From positions 23,002,001-23,066,000 of the forward strand of contig CM074511.1 in the NCBI GenBank assembly GCA_037379345.1: a DNA stretch of 64,000 nt, read 5' to 3'. The stretch is from Perna viridis (Eukaryota). A model generated the notes under the pieces. That model did not search any database and was not told where the DNA came from. It saw only the letters and a list, made by a program, of their open reading frames with translations. Shown piece by piece: positions 25,279 to 38,662 of the stretch; within the stretch, counting starts at the first letter, position 1, and every line of letters begins with the position of its first letter. The position numbers were made by a program, and so were the translations under genes.

Positions 25279-27847
25279 TTATAGGTTCTCAAATACAATA
25301 TGTTGTATAACTCTCGTAGGCCACGTTATCGAGTTGTTTTCCAGCAACTTGTTCTCAACAACTTTTTTTTTGTCATTTAAGTTAAAGATAGGCTGTAAAA
25401 TATCAATTCCAATAACTTGTTTTAAGAAAGAAAGATAAAAAAAACTGCGAGTATATAGCTGTTTGTATAATGCATCTAACCAACATAAACAGCTTTTGAT
25501 ATTTGCACTTCTTGAAAATGAACATTTTACATACGAGCTTTGTAGTAAAACCAAAGTAGTATCCATCATTATATATCATTCACCATCGCGAATGAGCATC
25601 AGTAAGCCAGTCATTAGATAAGTTTCTACTGTTATACTTTGTTATTGATGTTATCTTAATATCGATGTCCGACTCGGTACGCGAAGGATCGTTGAATATT
25701 ACTGTAACTTTGAAATAATAGGTAAATGTGAAATTTATTTGCTTTTGTTATTATAACTAATCCATTTAATTTGGAATTGCTTACTCAATGTCAAGGAATG
25801 CCAACAAAATTCCCTAACTTTTCATACCTTATTTTTTTTAATGTTGCCATTGGTTGAATTAACCCTATAGAAGTATAATTTAATGGTGAAAAGATATAAG
25901 TAATGGCGGCAAAACATAATAAATCAAAGTACATTTGTAGTTATTAGACATATGAAAATGTGGAATCTATAGGAACACTACAATAGATTTATAAAATTTT
26001 GTAGATACAAATATTGAAAAAAAAATACTTTAGCTTGAAAAGAAATAACACATTGTAAAATATCTTTAAAATATATATATATATATATATAAATTATTTT
26101 TTAAAAACAAACGAGAATTGCGAATTGAAATAGGATGAGAAAATTAGTATGGTTATGACTTATAATTGAACTCTAAAGAGTCACGGATATAAATTGTTAA
26201 CTTTTCATTTATAACTGACCAAGTCTCTCTGCTTCCTCTACCTGTTCAAGCCCCCACTTGGTCTGCCTATCTGATAGCAACAAAATAAGCACAAAATCTA
26301 CAAGACTTTCTTCGAAAGCGCTTTCGTCTGAGATCTTTGTCTCCATTTGCTCCGCAAGCTCCACTTGTTTGGCCCAACTTAATTGTCCATCTCCATTATC
26401 ACCTTTAGCATTTATGTTCTATTCGGTCTTATCATTGTTACCAAGGTAGCTGTTCTTGGTGTAAGTTTCTCCCATTTCAAACTATTTTGCTTCTGTTGTA
26501 TAAACCTTCTCTCTCATGCTTAATCGGGAATCGTTTGCATCATTATCTTGTTCCGTCTTTTCATCGGCCCATTTCAAGATTAAGCTAAAATTAAGTTCTT
26601 AAAGCTTCAACCTTTCAATGGAGTAAGCAGATGTCGATTCTGAGCGGAGTTCATCTGCATTGCCTATTGATCTTTTTTAGCCTCGCTGCCCTCATAGCTG
26701 AATCGGTCGACGTCAAGTCTAATTTGGTTTTTCTGCTTTGGCTGCCTCTACTCTTTCAACTACTGTCAGCTGAAGTCTCCAACTACAGCAAAGAGTTCTA
26801 TTGGACAGGACAGGTTTGCAGTAGGCAAGTTCATCAAAGCGTATATTAGGGCGATTTTTCCTCTCTTTAATGTTTTCTTTGAGGGCTTCAATTTTACTTT
26901 TGACTTTTGCATCCTCAACATCTATAAAAAAAAAAATAAAAAAAAACAGAAATTCGTTTTTAGAATAATAATCAGTAGATTTGTTCTGACACACATCGAA
27001 TTATCCATTGCGACCTGAGGATGGGGACGTAAAATATAGTGGCCTCACATGCAATCGATGATATAATTAGCCTGACTTCTTTGTCTTTTGATTTTTATAG
27101 ACCTTATAACCGGCAATCTACAAGTCAAAACTATACCAAAACATGATTATAATAAATCTTTACTTCCTATCGTTTTCCTGAAATTAAAATATTTTTCGCT
27201 CAAAACAAATGACCTATGTATACATACCAACATGACGACCCAGAACTCTGATTAAACGACAATAAATAAGCAGGGAAGAACTGTACATGTATGTACTTTT
27301 CCATACGAGTACTCATTTCATATGTGTTTTGATATTCATTTGCTTTTTCCTGTTCTGCAACGAATGTTCACTTTCCATATCTGGCCTTGCCATGTCCTAT
27401 TGTCACTGTACATGCTTCGTACAGAATTCGTACATTCTTAACTCCTATGTCAAGGATAAAACGTGAGTTACATTTGTTTATTTATAAACAACACGAATTT
27501 CTATTTTTAAATTTGTGTATAGTTTAGACAGGATTTTATTTTTCTGTTGGTGAAACATTTACTCCTTCATTAATGTATTCATACATTCATTAAATACTTA
27601 CTTTTTTCCTACACTGTATGTTCTATAATATATACATTAACATCGTAACTTTGCTCTGGATGTTTATTCTGATAATTAATTATAAATTAATTTGAGATAC
27701 ATACTGTAATCTGATTGGTATAAATAGTTTTGTTATATCTCAATGGGAAAAAAATATTAACACGCCCCTATTCATTTACATTCAGAGTTACTTTTCTCAT
27801 GTTTAAAGATAAAAATATGCTTTAAGATAAATTTATAAAAATTGGCT

Positions 27848-27980
27848 ATGATAAAAATGTTGTCTATTGAAAAATAACATAAATTTTCCATGTGCATATT
27901 TTGTTTATTGCAGTTCGCACAATAAAGAATATGCACATGGAAAAATTATGCTATTTTGCGATAGAGAAAAATTTTATTAT
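27848..27980. repeat. Long imperfect palindrome (~60-bp arms), probably part of a non-autonomous element
   Basis: ...TTTTCCATGTGCATATT..TTTATTG-cagttcgca-CAATAAA..AATATGCACATGGAAAA...; lies in an insertion unique to unit gamma. Confidence 0.75.
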
Positions 27981-28010
27981 TGTCAACTCTTAAGAAGAAA
28001 GAAAAATATA

Positions 28011-28196
28011 CTGTAAACCGTGTCGTTTTTGGGGGGGTTCTGTTGTCAATCTGCTTTCGCGCACTTTTAAATATTAGATCTATCATCAAATTGTATTATA
28101 ATGTTCCTCAAAGAAAATATTTGAGGCAGTTTAATTTTTGCGCTACGGATCTTGGGGCGAAAATAAACTGCCCCAAAAATTTCACGGTTTACACAG
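28011..28196. mobile_element. MITE with TA target duplication
   Basis: TA-CTGTAAACCGTG ... CACGGTTTACA(CA)G-TA terminal inverted repeats, 186 bp, non-coding. Confidence 0.7.
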
Positions 28197-30683
28197 TATT
28201 TAAGTAACGTTTACTCCGTAGAATGAACTATATGTGGCAATTCCAAATCTGGATTTTCATTATAGTCATAATTAGTTACACTTTTGCATCTATATTTGAT
28301 TTGATAATTTTTATGACGGAAACCTTTTCAAACCAAATAGGTTCGTGAAAAAAAAGAAATTAGTACCCTTTTTCGGCTTTCTGGTTGTTCTAATGGATTG
28401 TTTTATCCAAGTAAGAGACAAACTGGCACTATGGTTCACACCATCTGAATTTTACTGGAGTAAGCATAAAGTATTATAGAAAAAGAGAAAGTAAAGATAG
28501 GGATGGAGAAAGAAAGCATTGATAGTATACAGAATGATGGTGAAGAAGAAATTCAGGAGAAAGACAAGGCAAGTGAAAAGGAAAAAAATATTAAAAAAGT
28601 CGAAGTAGTTAAAACATCAGAAAAACGAGAAGAAGATAGGAAAAAAATATTAAAAACTTAGAAAAAAGGAAAAAAGAGGTGTCTGAAAAAAAACAAACAG
28701 ATGAGGTTCTTGATGTCCAGAAAGAAGAGAAAATTAAATTTGGTATCATAAAAAGCATAGCAAAACATTTTCGAAATTCGAATATGATAATCTTACATCT
28801 GTTGGAACTGAAATAAGACGAAAGAGGGAATCTGAGGTAAATGTTACAACTGGGAGGATGGCTTGATTAAAAACAAATGATGTCACTTCCGCCATCAGTA
28901 CGACTGTCTCTTGTAAGATGCTCACGTATTCGAAAAAAATATCATCCAAATAAACTTTCTTTTCCACTTTTGCTTCGAAACAGGTATTCCGCATATTCCA
29001 TAATGAGTTGGTCTGTAGATAAATTGACAAACCATAAAGGAAACATGCTACGAAATAAAAATAGAAAGAAAGATTAATCTGACCAGTGTAGATCCCATAA
29101 AAGTTTGCAAAAACTCAAAATGTTAATTTCTTTCTAACCCATGGCTGTATAAATAGTTTACATTGAAACTGTTTTCTCTAAATGTTTACTGATATTAAAT
29201 GAGGGTAACAATTAAATTACCGAACACTAATACGATCCATAATCAAGTAAAGTCCAAAACAAATCTGGCAACATAGATATTACACCACCGGAGCAGCTGA
29301 TACCGCAATGGTCCTGACTTGGTACAGGCATTTTAAACGAAATGGTGGGTTAAATCTAGGTTTTACAGCGAACTAAACCTTCCTCTTCCATTGCAGCGTG
29401 AATATACCGGTGGATATAAATAGCATTTGCATGCTATTGCGTCATTATCGGTAAATACATACTTCTGTATTTTGATCTACCTTAAGTGTATGTCTTTGTA
29501 AGAATCAGGCAAAATGTGAAAAAATATAAACACTCGTGTCAAAAACTAAACTCACAAATCTGACAATTCATTATCGGTCAAGGTTGATTTCTGTATTTAA
29601 AAAGACCTCTATTTGATATCTGCATCACTGGATTTGCTCTGAATTTTCTCAATAGAATCTTAGAAAAATGAGGTTTTTGACATCGCTATCGACCACGAAA
29701 TGTTTATTTTCTGTGCAATTCAAAGAAACTATTACTCAATTTACCAAAATGATATGAATAATTATCTCTTTTTCCTTGATTCTGATGATGCAAAAAGAAA
29801 AATTAAACTTTCAAAATGGCGGATTTTTCTATACCATATTTCACCCAGTGCCTGATTCTTACAGAAACTTATACTTAATATACAAATGCTGACTAGAATT
29901 ACTGTGAATAAAATAGTAAAGACTAGGGGTTGACTTAAAAAAAACAATTTACAAAACATTTAATAAACGCCAATGAATATTTACAATGATTGTTAATAGA
30001 AAAAAACGGTGTCTTTATACGGAAGCGAATGTCCTGGATCAAACACAGCGATGGTCCAGACAGGCAAGAGTCTCCTAAGTGAACGAGTAAAAGTATAAGG
30101 CACCGACCATTTTCATCCTGGGAGGGGGGATTTGGTGTCGGTTAAGATTTTTTCCTGCAAGCACAAATTTTCCTTTTTATTTCAGCAGCAATCCAAATTA
30201 AGATTTTAATAGAAAATCTGTCTTGTTCAGCTGTAGGGAAAAATAGAATTATTAATTATTAATTTTTTTATTATTAATCTAATAAGTTTTAATAACATGT
30301 ATTGCATAATGTTTTCCCTCTCTTATTTTAAATGTCTCTTTTTATCATTAATTGTCACTTATTCTTATTCTGGTTATCATTTTTTTATTCTGTATTTACA
30401 AATAGAAGATAATAATTCTAGAATTTATTGCAGTATTTATTTTTTTATATTAAAGTAACTTACTTAAACCATCAAGAGAGGCATTTTTTTCCTTTCTCAA
30501 ATTTTCATAATACACTGTCATCATTTTTAATCCATTTCTATTTATACATACTTTGTCAAATATTGGCATCTATTTTTTTTTTGTTTCATTTAAGATAATT
30601 GGTGGGAAATAAATTAATTTTGGATGACCATTTCATTGTCCGAAATACTCCAGACTAGAACTTTGATCAAAATCTGCCCATCA

Positions 30684-31730
30684 TTAAATGCTAGATTCAT
30701 CATTTGTTGACAGTGTATTAAGAGAAGCATCATCTATCTGAGTTTGTTTCTTTTTGTTTTTCAAACATCTTCGGTACATTAAAATGCATTCTGATCGGAA
30801 ATGGTCGTCTATTGCACAGTAAACAACAGGATTAACTGCGTTGTTTAGAAAGAAAAAACGCAAAAGTACAGAATACACAAGTCCGTCGGCCGATTTGTAA
30901 TATTTAGGATTTCCAATACCCACTAAGTTTACGGAAATGAACACTATATACCCAAAGAATGAAACAAAAGATGCGACCATCAAAGAAATTGTTACTTTTC
31001 TGCCTCTATCATAGTTGTTTTCTTCTGGTTTTGGTGACTGTGTCTCTTTCCTCATTTGGGATAGTAAAGTTATAAGAATCTTTGCATAAACGATAGTCAT
31101 TGTTAAAAAACATACTATCGACCACACAATGACAACGACACCGTAAGTTATGAAAATCCACGCCTTTTTATACTCCTCGAGAACTGAACAATCATTCCCG
31201 GTCAAGTTCGTATATCCGGGAATTTCTTTCTGGTTAGCCCCATAAACAACAAGAGCAGGAGATGTCAGTACAAGAAAAATTGAAACCATTATAATAGATA
31301 TTTTGTAGTACCAAGATGCCGGCTTTTGTGTAAATTGGACACTTTTCCTTGTAATATATCCTCTCTCAATGGCAATAACAGTAAGAAAACCAACAGATAT
31401 GAAAGAGGATGCTTGAGTCAGATAGCGAAAAAAACTACAAACTGCTGAAGCTGAAAAAGTATAGTCATATCTTAAATCGAACATTTCAAACGGCATACAG
31501 AATAAAGAGACTACCAGGTCTGCAGTCGCTAACCAAATAATAAATATTCTAACTGCCCTTTTCTTCATCTCAGGTGAAAATCCATAGACGATGATTGTAT
31601 GAATGTTTCCGAACGTTCCAACTACGGACAGAATTGCCAGGAATACAACACCAGAGACACCCTTTTTCATGAATGCCTCGTATTCCAGCTCTTTTATAAT
31701 GTGTGTTGAAGTCATATTGTTGCCATCCAT
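30684..31730 (-). CDS. Rhodopsin-class (class A) orphan GPCR, 348 aa, copy 2
   Basis: Paralog of 17303-18358 with the same 7TM motifs. The true start is the ATG at 31730 (MDGNNMT) after acceptor TTTTACAG|G; the ORF-track TTG start at 31757 is intronic. Confidence 0.93.
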   Translation of the reverse strand: MDGNNMTSTHIIKELEYEAFMKKGVSGVVFLAILSVVGTFGNIHTIIVYGFSPEMKKRAVRIFIIWLATADLVVSLFCMPFEMFDLRYDYTFSASAVCSFFRYLTQASSFISVGFLTVIAIERGYITRKSVQFTQKPASWYYKISIIMVSIFLVLTSPALVVYGANQKEIPGYTNLTGNDCSVLEEYKKAWIFITYGVVVIVWSIVCFLTMTIVYAKILITLLSQMRKETQSPKPEENNYDRGRKVTISLMVASFVSFFGYIVFISVNLVGIGNPKYYKSADGLVYSVLLRFFFLNNAVNPVVYCAIDDHFRSECILMYRRCLKNKKKQTQIDDASLNTLSTNDESSI

Positions 31731-32909
31731 CCTGTAAAAGTAAAATGATTTACTCAAATAAAGTAGTTATAGATAGTTTTGTTATACGGAGTACGCACAG
31801 AAGTACTGAGGATATAGAATCCAGAAAAGTTATAATACAACCGTCGTCATAAAATTAATTCCGTTCCCAATAATTCCTTCTTCTTCTAGCAGACCTGACA
31901 TTCAGCAAATTACTGGAAGACTCGTTTCGTTGGTATTTTTTGTCGAGCAGTTGATATGCACTTAAATAAAGTTTGTGTTATATGTTATTGATTTGTAAAT
32001 CCCTTCATTTGTATGACAGACGACATCTTAAGAGGGTAAATTTCTATCCAAATCTAATTATCATTACCTTTTTGTACCTATAATTAGTTCAATGGTGATA
32101 TGTCAAACGAACTAACTTTGTTCCAAAATGAGTGTATTTTTCAGTGTAAATTACAATAAAACTATATGCACGATCCTCTTATTTGTATTACTTAAGTGAA
32201 AACTACTTACTCAAATTTTAAAACTTTGTGTACTGTACCAGAATACCAAAAAGTCCAGTTTAATCAAGGTCCCTGAATTAAATATGTATATAGCTTGTTG
32301 TTGCACAAGGAAATGATGTATGTTTTAGATGTGGAAAAACAATTCAAGATGTAATTGAAATCATCAACAAAAGTTCTAAATGTACCAGTGACGGAAACAT
32401 CGTGTGTTTTATTTCCTTCCCTTTACTAAGTGCCTTTGGTCCCTTTTCAATCTTTCAAGTTTTCAGTTCCAACATTTTTCTGCTAGGCGATGATTAACTT
32501 TCTACAAAAGGTTTCCCGCCACTTCACATTTTTCAAGTTGATGGGCACCTTCTTATTTAATCAGAAACGTAAAAAGTATTCAGCCAAAGTTATTTAAATT
32601 TTCCAGCGTTTAATTAAATATTTGAAGATGTGTATCTCCCATCATGGAGATATTGTCAATTTTAACAACCAGGCAATGTTTTAACTTCTGCGACAGGTTT
32701 CCCGCCATTTTATATTTTCCAAGTTTTCTGCAGATTGCATGAAAACCTCAATTCTTATTTTTATTTCTCCATTCTCTATGCTAAAGTTAGATTTTAATAT
32801 ACTAAAGGTCGCATATTGAAAATCTAAATGTAATCATCTCGTATAGAGAAATTAAGAATCTAACACCTGCATGATTGCAAGATAGGGAAATCCCAGAATC
32901 CCAGTGTAA

Positions 32910-34654
32910 GATATACTGCCTTCATATGCATCGGACAGATATACAACAGAACCATTAGGTGCCACACCTATCAAAAATTTAAATGTCGCATGTCCTTTAT
33001 AAGAAGAGTACGCATTACCCTGAGCTCCAAAATTACTCGGTTGCTGCACGCGCACCTCAGTACAATCGATTATACAACGCAGGTTTTTGTATTTTTTGAA
33101 ACACTTAGATAAATGCTTTCTCAGCTTATATCTGGGTGTAAACATTTCGTACTTTAGAATACTGAATCTTTTATGCAAAAATTGTATCCATGTTTAAACA
33201 ATTTTTGAGACATGATTGTTATGTATGTCGAATCGATATCCCAAATCAGTTTGGAGTAGCCCCAAGCGCAACCTCATTAATGTCATGAGCAACTCATTTT
33301 GAGGTGAAAGTTTCCTCTTTGGGCCCCTCCGTTACCTTGAGTCTTTTCTGGGTCTGAGACATCAGTGTTCCAGTAACTCAGCTTACTAGCGGCAGGACCT
33401 AAAAACTGCCACAATGAAAGAAACATGGTGTATGTCAAGCCAGTGTAAAATCGAAATTTTTGTCACACTCTTTCATTAATTCAACACTTATAGTCTCATT
33501 AAATTTACAGTTTTCAGATTTTTCAACATCAGCATAAGGAAACAAGTCTTTCCTACTCTTTTTACCATTTGATACATGTACATGTAAATCTAACTGACTT
33601 TTAAGACACATTTTCCGTGACCGGTTTTTCATCAGTTTAAGTGCTCCTGTCAACAAGATTTGTTTTAATCATACTATTTAGAATATCAACTCTTGAAGGA
33701 GTTTCCAATGTTGTCTCAGTAGGATTTTCCAGTGGACCAGACAAATCAAGCAGAATCTGTACAATATCGTCCGACTCCACTTCCCTAACACCTTCAGTTT
33801 TTCTGGGATTTTTTTTCTTGCAACACTGGTCTTGTTCTCTCAACAGGAACTCTTCTTTTCTTTGGTCGTGTAACCTAAATATCCAATTATAAATATAGTA
33901 AGGCATTGAACATGCATTGCGGGCGGAATAGATCATGCTTACAAATTGACAGCAGATGATGTGTATACATGTATGTAGATAAAAGTTACAGGTACACAGG
34001 TCAATTTTTCAGTTTATTATTTATATGATTTTTTTTATTATATTACATGTATAAATAAAGTTTTAGTATGAAATGACAGTGTATGCACCAGCTAAGGCTT
34101 CTACAAGAGTGTTGACAAAACACTACAGTAAATTGAACTATTACTCTCTTGAAACGGGGTTATTTCAGTTATTTTTTCTAGTAAAAGCTGACATTTCAAT
34201 TAAAACAAGCACTGGGTTGAACCTAAGCATCACTCAACCACTTTTTGAAACCTACCACTATTTCGAGTTTGATCGGATCGGGATTTTGGTCTGTTGGTCC
34301 ATTTCCACCTACAAAATACAGGCTACAAATGTATGTGTCTTTGTTCACATTATTTATGGAGAAATCTCGTCGTCCACAATTGTTTACCCAACGTAAACAC
34401 TTTTCTCTGTCCTTGGTCGGTTTAGGAAAGCCATTCCAAAATCCGATAAACCACGTGCCAGGTTGAGGATATCATGAGTCGCTTGCACATACTCCGTAGC
34501 AACAATGCTTAGTTGTTACCATTTTTAACAAAAACAGCTATTTATCGGAGTATTTTACAAAAATCATGGTATGCCAGTAATGGGTTTGCCGAATTGTTTG
34601 TCCGAAAATCAATATGGCGGATGAACATGCGCAATCGATATTCTATTTTTAGCC
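32910..34654 (-). mobile_element. ISL2EU-type (PIF/Harbinger superfamily) DNA transposon with THAP + HTH + DDE transposase, 3'-truncated and decayed
   Basis: Exon 34522-34256 encodes a THAP finger (MVTTKHCCYGVCASDS*YP...FPKP...RW...YICSLYF); GT-AG intron 34255-33875; HTH_Tnp_4-like LSPQNELLMTLMRLRLGL; DDE_Tnp_4 start CIIDCTEVRVQQPS...YSSYKGHATFKFLIGVAPNG...GSIS. Terminus GGCTAAAAATAG at 34654 is flanked by AT. Confidence 0.88.
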
Positions 34655-34869
34655 ATATCGAATAATCAATAGAAAGGCTATTGTTCTATAACGAGGCTTC
34701 GTTGCGTTAGAGAACTATTACATCTTACGAAAAAAAAATTGGGATGTATTAGGCAAGAACTCACCTTATCATGCAAAAAATGCATATTTTCCTATTTAGA
34801 GGGGACGAACTCCGTGTCCGCCCCTGTGATTCTGTGCCTGGAAAGCGCACACGTTCTGTCTCAACCTGT

Positions 34870-35218
34870 GGGAACCAAGATTATAGCGAAAATCAAAAAA
34901 ATATAATCCTGGGACAGAGACCAGACATTGAAAACACACACACATACAAGAAAGAACATAAAATAGCAAAAATAATATGTACAGAGCAACAAAAGTAAAT
35001 GAGCGGTAAGGTAAGTAACCTCTGCTTTTCTAGAAACACCCGCCGAGATTCTCATAAAAAAAGTCAAGTCCGGGGTAGACGAAATGGTTCTCATGGTACA
35101 GCTGAATAAACCGTAACGATCCACACGTTCATGATGATAACCATAAAACTTCTGTAGTGATGACTTCAGTCTTGTAACAACATAACCCTTTTCCAGAAGC
35201 CTAATTGTTAGATTCTTT
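34870..35218 (-). mobile_element. Penelope-like element 3' fragment
   Basis: LTIRLLEKGYVVTRLKSSLQKFYGYHHERVDRYG followed by the shared 3' repeat. Confidence 0.78.
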
Positions 35219-36017
35219 ACAAAAAGGACAGGGTAAGGAAAAAGCATAACTACTCATTATCGACGAAGAATAAAGATCGAACGCTTTATATATACGTCAC
35301 AACGAATTTCAAGCAACGGTTGCCGGGAATTTACTACATTGTCACGTGCACGTTCATCCAGTTTGTTTGTTTCTAGTCTGCAACGGTCATACTGAATGAT
35401 TACATGTAGGTTGTTTAACCTGCGTCACCAATGGCGAAAGCAGGTCTAGTAGCCGCTCGACTCTGTTCACCCGTCACGCTAATGTGTACTACTTAAATTT
35501 TCCAGTGTGTTTATAAATACATATTGGAAAATGTGCATCTCCTATCATGGATATTTTGACATGTTTTGCTCCATTTTCAGCATGTTGAACTTAGGTATTA
35601 GAATTTATTGTCACTTCCCGATGAACAGTACCTACACTGTGTAATCTGACTCAAGACGTTTTGAACCTATACTATTCAAACTTTATATAGTGTTTATGTT
35701 CTGTACACATTGAAGCTATGCCTACCTTATCGTGGAAAAAACTTGACTTTTTACTGCACTATTAGATTGTTGAAGTTACCATTTTTTGTCTCTTTATGTT
35801 GTGAACGGTACCTACTTTGTGTAATCTGAAACCAATATATAATATCAAGAAAGGAGCACCTTTCTATTGACAAATTAGACAAAAATTAACTAATGTTATA
35901 TGAACCGTTGAACTTATTAACTTTTTTCAAAAGTATATGTTATCAAAAGTACATACTTTAGATAATATGTAACCCACTAGTAGTGTTTATACTTATACTG
36001 AAGTTATTTTTGTGCTG

Positions 36018-36910
36018 ACAAGAGGCTCCTAGGAGCCTGAACCGCTCACCTGGTTAAATTTTGTCTTTTAATGGCAATAAATTTAACAAGAGGTTGTCCA
36101 ACAGTTTTGGCTAAGAAGACTTTTGTAGGACTTATCATAAGGATCATTTCAGCAATAGAAAGTTTTTGTCTATCTATTAGAGTTTTGAAGATATTGGCTG
36201 AGAACTGTTAAAAAAAGTCATTTTTTCATCTTTCAAGGGCAATAACTCTTAAAAACTGTCGTCTAACAACTTTGATCCCTGGAGACTTTTGTAGGCCTAT
36301 GACTGGGATCATTTCAGCAATTGAAAGAATTTGGCTAAACCAAACAGTTTTGATATAATTTGCAAAAAAATAGTGTCTGACCCCTTTGTTCTATTTTTAG
36401 TAACGGCAGCCATGTTTTTGACGGATCAAAAATCTAAACATAAATTTTGTGCGATCTATCCCAAGAAACATTGGTCCAAATTGGTCAAGTAGTGCCAGAG
36501 GAGATATTTTTAACGAAATAACAATAGAAATAGCAAAAACAAATATCGAAAAAGAGCAGTAACTCCAACGTGGCTTCACAGATTAACCTGACAATTTGAC
36601 CACAGATAGATCTCATCATGCTAAACACTTTTAGCTACGTCATAATTAGACTAAACCTGACGGTTTTGGAGATATATGCGAAAAACTACTCTGACCCCTT
36701 TGTTCTATTTTTAGTAACGGCGGCCATGTTTTTAATGGATCAAAATTCTAATCACAACTTTTGTGCAAGATACTCTAATGAACAGCTGTGCACAGTTTCA
36801 AATAATTCCGCTCAGTAGTTTCAGATGAGAAGATTTTTGAAAATTGTTAACGGACGACAACGACGTTCGCCAAGTGATGGCAATAGCTCACATGACCAGG
36901 TAACTAAAAA
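36018..36910 (-). mobile_element. Non-autonomous Helentron-type (HINE-like) element
   Basis: Minus strand starts TTTTTAGTTACCTGG..GTGAGCTATTGCCATCACTTGGCG..GTCGTCCG. Internal repeats at 36118/36283 and 36377/36691; subterminal GGTGAGC and a perfect 16-bp palindrome AGGCTCCTAGGAGCCT at 36023-36038. Confidence 0.82.
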
Positions 36911-37449
36911 GGTCATATCATCGGTCTTGTCTTTAAGAAGATAAGAAGGTGTATTTATCCGTCTTACCCACGTATTATTTATGTAAATAAGAAAATAAAA
37001 GTGATTATTGAACTCAATCTGTCATAGATTTTGTGCAACTTCCATCTAATCTAACATGACAGGTAGATTGTGATGGGTGTCTCTAACCAGAAACTACCCA
37101 CTTCGGAGCACTTTAATTATGTTGTAGTTGATATGTGCTGCTCATTTCTTGTATGTAGTTCCGTTCAGGTTTGTGCGACATTTTCTTGGTCTATTGTTTT
37201 ATATACACATTCCCGGCTTAGTCTCTACTGATTTCCTATCGTTTTCTACATCTTCGTTTTTTTTTGCTTTTTTTTGTTTTTTGTTTGTTTGTTTTTTTTT
37301 TCATGTCTGGGGTCTGATGTTCACAGTCTCCAAGTGAGTTCCTCTAGATGGGATAGCCCTCGCTTTGGGGTTGTCAGGCCTTAAGACGACAACCCGACCG
37401 CAAGAAATAGTAGACAAACGTGTGTGGAAAAAACGCCACTTTTAGAAAA

Positions 37450-37673
37450 GTGTTTCTAGAAAAGCAAAGGACGCTTACCCTACCGGTGCACCTGGTCCAT
37501 GATCCCAGTTTCTAGTGGAGTCCGAGTTGCTCATTTGCTTTTGTTGCTTTGTATGTATGATTTTAGTTACTTTATGTTCTTTGTTGTATGTGTCTGTTTT
37601 CCATGTCTGGTCTTTCTCCCTGGATTATATTCTTTTGATTACCGCTATAACCTTGGTTCCCTTGATTGCTCTT
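37450..37673 (+). mobile_element. PLE-derived dispersed repeat, 3' fragment
   Basis: Reverse complement of the 16388-16600 and 24726-24940 repeats. Confidence 0.75.
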
Positions 37674-37837
37674 ACATATGTTAAAGACTTCAAATATATT
37701 GAGGGTTCTTTAGACAGGCAAAATATGCTGTCCCTTCATGTTGCAGTTCTTTTTTTTTTTTTTTTTTTTTTTAGATTCAGACAAACTTTCCCTTTCCCGT
37801 GATTCCCATTCCCATTACAAATTGTTCTTGTTTTGAT

Positions 37838-38330
37838 TATAATTCCCTTACCGACGAATTTAGGTTTGTTTGCACTCTATCCATCCGTCCGTCTGGCAAA
37901 TCATTTTACAACACTTTTTTTCATCATGCTTGCAGATATACCATTGATGTTTGGTACATTGCTATAACATGATCAACTTCGAATTTTGCTCCGCTCCGTT
38001 GATTTTTTCCTGAGTTACGACCCTTGGACTTTCGAAGTTTATAAAATAACATAGTTTTCCCGTGTTTATTTGGGGTGTTACTATTGCAGAGGAGATGTAC
38101 ATTTTTAAATATTTGGTTTATTTCTTAACCATAAAAAAATACAGATCGTGTTTGAATTGTATTCTGGTCCGTTGGTTTTTTGTTAAATTATGGTCCTTGG
38201 ATTTGGAAAATTAGTGCAAAAACTCAGTTTTCTACATTATTGCAGTCATTATTGTAGATATACAATTTAAAATATTTGGTAAATTGCTTACCCATGAAAA
38301 ATTATAACTCATGTTTGAATTGTGGTCCTA
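37838..38330 (+). mobile_element. Old HINE-like remnant with degenerate internal repeats
   Basis: CCATCCGTCCGTC microsatellite followed by about three decayed units (GCAGATATA..TTTGGTA.ATTGCT...GAATT.TGGTCC). Confidence 0.5.
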
Positions 38331-38662
38331 TAGTTTTTGCTAAGGTGTTTGGGTCCTGCATTTTATGTGTCAGTCTGTAGTTAATAGTTTCTAAGACAAT
38401 TTCGTTATCTAATTCTTAATGTGACAATGCCTCTATTTGATGATTTTTAGGGTGTTTCTATGGAATATATTTTTTGCTATTGGTCGTAGGTTTCATGAAC
38501 ATGCAGTGCAAATCATGTAAAAGAACATTGTCCGTCATGATCTATTCGTGTCTTGCTGTGGTTAGTCCGCCTGACCAATTCATAAAACTAAAATATGGAT
38601 ATTATTTGATTTAAATAAATTAATACTTGTAATGGTACAACAAAATTGCATATTACTGAAAG

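Larger units (their letters stand above)
26209..29047 (-). pseudogene. Orphan SWADQVE gene, copy gamma
   Basis: Exon-like blocks homologous to alpha (MFPLWFVNLSTDQLIMEYAEYLF; VRILYEACT...EKANEYQNTYE; IAGYKVYK; DVEDAKVKSKIE...). Tail LSWAKQVE...EQVEEAERLGQL*; stops and frameshifts present. Confidence 0.6.

Noticed and set aside
31731-31757. N-terminal extension MSKSFYFYR of GPCR2
   Set aside because: TTG start reading through the polypyrimidine tract and acceptor; the paralog starts at the equivalent downstream ATG.
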